DNA from: Patescibacteria group bacterium
Lineage (GTDB): Bacteria > Patescibacteriota > Patescibacteriia > Magasanikbacterales > GWA2-37-8
Direction of reading: 5' to 3'
NCBI GenBank assembly: GCA_004321885.1
Contig: SCQK01000016.1
Location: 1 to 26,422, forward strand
Length of the DNA: 26,422 bases
This document shows positions 23,068 to 26,422 of this stretch, in pieces; within the stretch, counting starts at the first letter, position 1; every line of letters starts with the position of its first letter. The notes below the pieces were generated by a model. The model was not told where the DNA came from. It ran no database searches and saw only the letters and a list, made by a program, of their open reading frames with translations. A program made the position numbers and the translations under genes.

Positions 23068-25615
23068 ATCCTTTTTTTCTAAAAATCCACACTGCCAAAG
23101 CGCCGATTTTTTTTAACCCGCCTTTCAGCGCCGCTCCCCGCGCCTTGGCCAAAAACCCCAACAGCAGTGTCGTCACCCCGCCGGCCGTGGCTGTCAGATA
23201 TTTTTCAGTCGTGTCCTTTTCTTTGTTTTGCCCCGCGCTTATCTGCTCCTGCTTTTTCAACAAATCCGGCGACGGTCCGAACGAAACAACATCTTCGTCG
23301 GAGCGCGGCCACACCTGGAGCCCGTTTTTGCCCTGTTCCAAAACGCCGACCACCTCCACATTCTCCCCTTCCTTAAATTTTTTCTTGTCTATTTTGGCGT
23401 ACTTTTTGAAATAAATAACCGTTTCCTCGGCCCCGTCATCCAGATACATTAAATTGCTTTTGATTTCCGTAATTTCGCCGGCCACCTTCACCAGCGCTCC
23501 GCCCGCCTCATCGTCAATTTCGTCTGGCGCCACGGCCGCGGGTTTTAACTGGCGCTCGGTGGCCAAAATATCAATATCCTTTTTTGTTTTTATTTTCACC
23601 CGCTTGACCCCGCCCGCTTCAGACCGCTCGCCGCGCACTTCAATATAATCACCGGGTTTCAAATCCGGAAAATCTTTTTTGTAGGAATAAATTTGCATGC
23701 CCAAAGCAACTTTTGGGTCGGAAATATAAAAAAACTGCACCCCGAAATTGCCGGCCACGGCGCTGACAATGCCGCGAATCTTGACGCGCGTTCCCTTGGC
23801 CGCCTGCCGCGCCTGTTCAATAGTCATGGCCACAAGCGGCTTGTAATTTTTAGAAGCGGTTTTTTTCTTGGCCGTTTTTTTAGCCGCTTTCGCTTCTCTC
23901 CCCTTTATAAGGGGAGAGTTAGAGAGGGGTATTTGCGACAAAGAAGCTACCGCCACCCGCCCCGGGCTCGGCGTTTGCCACTTCCACTCGCCCCCCACCA
24001 GCGCATAGCTTTTACTGTCTTCGCTTTTCCCGAATTTCACCAAATCAACCACCTGGCTGTCGGGCGACAGCAGTTCAACTTTATCGCCGGTATTTTCCAA
24101 ATTGATTTTCGTGGCCAGCCGGTAAAAAACCAAAAATCCGCCTCCATTGATAAAAGTTTTATCCGGTAAAATAAATTTTTTACCACTGACGTCGCGCAAA
24201 ATCCAGCCCGACAAATTCGCCGTGCTGGAAGCGCTGTTGTAAAGCTCTATGTACTCGCTTGTGTCCAAACCCAGCGGGTCGGAAAAAATTTCGCTGATGA
24301 CAACAGCCGAATTTCTGATGGATAACCCCGGGCCGATGGCAATGGAAATTTTTTTGCTCCCGGCCGTGCCGCTCGTGCTGGTGGCGCTGACGATCACAGA
24401 AAATTTTCCCGACGTAGCGAACGCGCGCGAGACCTCTTCGCCCAAAGCAAAAACGCCGTCGCCAAAATTCCAGGCGAAACTTAAAACCCCGCCGCGCGGG
24501 TCAGCCGAATCAGCCGCGTCAAAGTTTATCATCTCGCCCAATTCCGCGCTGGCCACGGCATTGATTTTCCAAACGATTTCCGTGTCATCGGTTTCGGTAA
24601 TAACATTTTCCGCGCCCGGCGTGGGCTCGTCGCTCCATTGCCATTTTCCGCCGGCAACGCGCGAATAGCTTTGCCCCTCGGGCGCTTTATCATACTTTAT
24701 CATGTCAACTACACTCTCTCCATAACTCAACTTCACTTCTTCTTTGGTGGAATTATTCAGTGCAATGCCGGTCGTTGTTCTTTTCCAAATAACAATCTGC
24801 CCGGGCCCGATACTGCCGCTCAAAGAAAAGCTCTTCACCAAATCAGATAATTTCCAACCAACCAAATCAACCGCGGCCGTTGAAGTATTTTTGATTTCAA
24901 TAAACTCTTCTTCAATATCCGAACCCGGCGGATTGGGGTAAATTTCGTTCAGGATAAGGGCTCCCTCCCCTTGATAAGGGGAAGGTTGGGATGGGGTAGT
25001 AAGGGGTGGGGTAACTGGTGAAGTTCCCTCCCCTTGATACTTGCCCGCCTCTGGCGGGAGGGAGGACGAGGGAGGGGTAGTCGTGGCCGGCGCTCCGACG
25101 CTGTTCACCGCTCCCACCGTATTCCCATTCGTATGCTCGCGCCAATTCGCGCTGGTATAATCGGCCAAAAACGGGTCAATCCTTTGCAAAGAAAAATTTG
25201 GCGCGTTAATATAGGTAAATTTTTCCACAAAATTTCCGCTCACGTCTTTGAGCCCTATCTCCTCGCCGCTTTCATTCAAACTGCTCCACGATGAATCAAA
25301 TACCGAACCGGCAAACGAGGGATAATCAAGCATAAAAGTGGTGCTGACTTGCGCGATGACAACGTATTCGCCGGGCGAAACTATCGGGTCGCTCGCCTTA
25401 AGACCGTGGTTGGTGTTATCTTCCCAAAATTTCCATTCGCTCAAATCAACCGGTTCATTACCTTTATTCCAAATTTCAATCCACTCGTGTGTGCTGGCGG
25501 CATAAGCGCCGACTTCGTTTATTACAATATCCGTATTCGCCGCCCGAACCGCGGTAAAAACAAAAAAACTGCCCGCGGCGAGGAGTGATAAGAAGAAAAA
25601 TAGCTTGCGCCGCAT
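23066..25615 (-). CDS. lamin-tail-domain (LTD x3) surface protein with C-terminal OB-fold-like domain and TM anchor
   Basis: signal peptide MRRKLFFFLSLLAAGSFFVFTAVRA; LTD signatures IVINEVGAYAASTHEWIEIWNKGNEPVDLSEWKF, ALILNEIYPNPPGSDIEEEFIEIKNTSTAAVDLVGWKL, AVVISEIFSDPLGLDTSEYIELYNSASSTANLSGWIL; OB-like GTRVKIRGIVSAVAGNFGVQFFYISD; C-terminal hydrophobic anchor; three repeat copies in-frame. Confidence 0.8.
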   Translation of the reverse strand: MRRKLFFFLSLLAAGSFFVFTAVRAANTDIVINEVGAYAASTHEWIEIWNKGNEPVDLSEWKFWEDNTNHGLKASDPIVSPGEYVVIAQVSTTFMLDYPSFAGSVFDSSWSSLNESGEEIGLKDVSGNFVEKFTYINAPNFSLQRIDPFLADYTSANWREHTNGNTVGAVNSVGAPATTTPPSSSLPPEAGKYQGEGTSPVTPPLTTPSQPSPYQGEGALILNEIYPNPPGSDIEEEFIEIKNTSTAAVDLVGWKLSDLVKSFSLSGSIGPGQIVIWKRTTTGIALNNSTKEEVKLSYGESVVDMIKYDKAPEGQSYSRVAGGKWQWSDEPTPGAENVITETDDTEIVWKINAVASAELGEMINFDAADSADPRGGVLSFAWNFGDGVFALGEEVSRAFATSGKFSVIVSATSTSGTAGSKKISIAIGPGLSIRNSAVVISEIFSDPLGLDTSEYIELYNSASSTANLSGWILRDVSGKKFILPDKTFINGGGFLVFYRLATKINLENTGDKVELLSPDSQVVDLVKFGKSEDSKSYALVGGEWKWQTPSPGRVAVASLSQIPLSNSPLIKGREAKAAKKTAKKKTASKNYKPLVAMTIEQARQAAKGTRVKIRGIVSAVAGNFGVQFFYISDPKVALGMQIYSYKKDFPDLKPGDYIEVRGERSEAGGVKRVKIKTKKDIDILATERQLKPAAVAPDEIDDEAGGALVKVAGEITEIKSNLMYLDDGAEETVIYFKKYAKIDKKKFKEGENVEVVGVLEQGKNGLQVWPRSDEDVVSFGPSPDLLKKQEQISAGQNKEKDTTEKYLTATAGGVTTLLLGFLAKARGAALKGGLKKIGALAVWIFRKKG
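23895..23932 (+). repeat. copy E of 38-bp repeat (tctccc/gggaga variant) inside LTD gene
   Basis: ttctctcccc-tttataa-ggggagag-ttag-agaggggtat. Confidence 0.75.
24961..25013 (+). repeat. copy F of repeat with extra GGGGT(G)GGGGTA tail, inside LTD gene
   Basis: ctccctcccc-ttgataa-ggggaagg-ttgg-gatggggtag-taaggggtggggtaa. Confidence 0.75.
25024..25080 (+). repeat. copy G of repeat with 17-nt insertion in the loop, inside LTD gene
   Basis: ttccctcccc-ttgatac[ttgcccgcctctggcgg]gagggagg-acg-agggaggggtag. Confidence 0.7.
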
Positions 25616-25634
25616 ATTAAAAAATTATGCTTAC

Positions 25635-25685
25635 ATTATATTACCCCTTGCTATTCTTGACAACACCGTTATTCTCATATTAAAT
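25635..25685. promoter_or_regulatory. divergent promoter pair sharing a TTGTCAAGAA/TTCTTGACAA -35 region
   Basis: plus: TTGACA(25657-62) - 17 nt - TTAAAT; minus: TTGTCA - 17 nt - TATAAT (25635-40) driving the LTD gene. Confidence 0.5.
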
Positions 25686-25750
25686 AGCTCTCACATTTTC
25701 GTTTTCGCCGCTCTTTCCTACGATACCCCTTCACACAGGAGACTCACCCG

Positions 25751-26140
25751 ATGAAGAAACCAGAAAAGTGGTTGGTGGATTTTGAATTTGAGACGCACCC
25801 GGCCACCGGCGTGCCCGTGGCCTACCTGATGTTCAGTAACCTGGAAGGTACGGCCGTGGTGGAGATACATACGGTGTTTTCCCTCCACCAGTTCCTGTCT
25901 GTCCTGGAAGAAAACAGGCCGGGACTGGACGAAGAGACCTCGGCTTTGGCAGTTGAAAAGATAGACAACAATCACTTACCTATCCACACCACGGCCCCCA
26001 GGCCCGCGGTCATCAAAGGAATGCGAGCCCACGAACTGGCCTGCGAAATCGTGGACCGAATCGAAGGCGGGAGAGAAACCAACCGCCTGTTGAACCTCGG
26101 CATCTTCTTCATCCGGCCGCCCCAGAGAGGCATGGCCTGA
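25751..26140 (+). CDS. hypothetical protein (about 58% GC)
   Basis: 129-aa ORF with SD aggag 7 nt upstream of ATG; no family recognised. Confidence 0.5.
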   Translation: MKKPEKWLVDFEFETHPATGVPVAYLMFSNLEGTAVVEIHTVFSLHQFLSVLEENRPGLDEETSALAVEKIDNNHLPIHTTAPRPAVIKGMRAHELACEIVDRIEGGRETNRLLNLGIFFIRPPQRGMA

Positions 26141-26325
26141 CCCTCTTGGACCTCATCGCCCAAAGTAGTTGCCGCTGGCGCCCAACCGCGCCGACGCACC
26201 CCTCTGGCGATTGAGGTCTTTTTGTTTTCCACAACTTGCGTTTGCATACACAAGTGTATACAAAGTTTTTGACTTTGGCTTATTTTAGCCAAATCCGTCC
26301 CTCTGTATAGTTAACAGTCAAGGGT

Positions 26326-26422
26326 TACACTTTTGTAAATAAAATTGTTGCGGTGTGAGTCCGTTTAAGGACATGTGTATTCGTTCAAAATTGTAATAGC
26401 TCATCCATTCGTAAGGTGATTT
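26326..26422 (-). mobile_element. IS3-family transposase (integrase-core OrfB) C-terminal end, partial, continues beyond window
   Basis: minus-strand translation ...YEWMSYYNFERIHMSLNGLTPQQFYLQKCN* is the characteristic C-terminal tail of rve-domain IS3/IS481 transposases (YNxxRxHxxLxxxTPxxF). Confidence 0.6.

Noticed and set aside
393-25080. Possibility that the GGGGGAGG repeats are a CRISPR array
   Set aside because: Copies are tens of kb apart, have no regular spacers, and lie inside genes. No cas genes are present.

Overview
This 26.4-kb bacterial window (about 50% GC) has a core of housekeeping genes: yebC, rpoB-rpoC, ftsK, a rodZ-like gene, recA, an MgtC-family gene and a tRNA-Cys/Phe/Pro cluster. 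Accessory material is inserted between them. Protein calls rest on motifs read directly from the supplied translations; promoters, terminators and repeats were read from the nucleotide sequence. Several promoters match the sigma70 consensus exactly (TTGACA, 17 nt, TATAAT).

The main observations are:
- **Repeat family:** a roughly 38-bp G/C-tract palindromic repeat (consensus YCCTCCCC-TTnATAA-GGGGGAGG-N4-5-GGAGGGGGTA) occurs at least 7 times. Some copies are intergenic, where one acts as the rpoC terminator and another supplies the SD of the rodZ-like gene. Others are in-frame inside yebC, an O-antigen-ligase-like gene and a large lamin-tail-domain surface protein.
- **GC-rich islet:** two genes (about 65% GC) sit between yebC and rpoC with their own promoter and terminator. 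The two proteins share an internally repeated segment.
- **Accessory segment between rpoB and ftsK:** it carries a lysine/glycine-rich hypothetical protein, an apparently N-terminally truncated SAM methyltransferase, a wHTH-GHKL ATPase fusion and a DUF4325/STAS-like protein. The last two form a partner-switching-like pair behind a consensus promoter with a perfect palindromic operator. After them comes a promoter-to-terminator unit of about 220 nt with a 23-bp long-range stem, which is a candidate structured ncRNA.
- **Second GC-rich unit:** a consensus promoter, a Cys-rich 73-aa ORF, a 61-aa ORF and an intrinsic terminator.
- **Secreted and surface proteins:** a 556-aa secreted protein made of four tandem repeats of about 90 aa, and a surface protein with three lamin-tail domains, an OB fold and a C-terminal TM anchor.
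- **Window end:** a GC-rich hypothetical gene followed by the 3' end of an IS3-family transposase.

No CRISPR array or rRNA was seen.
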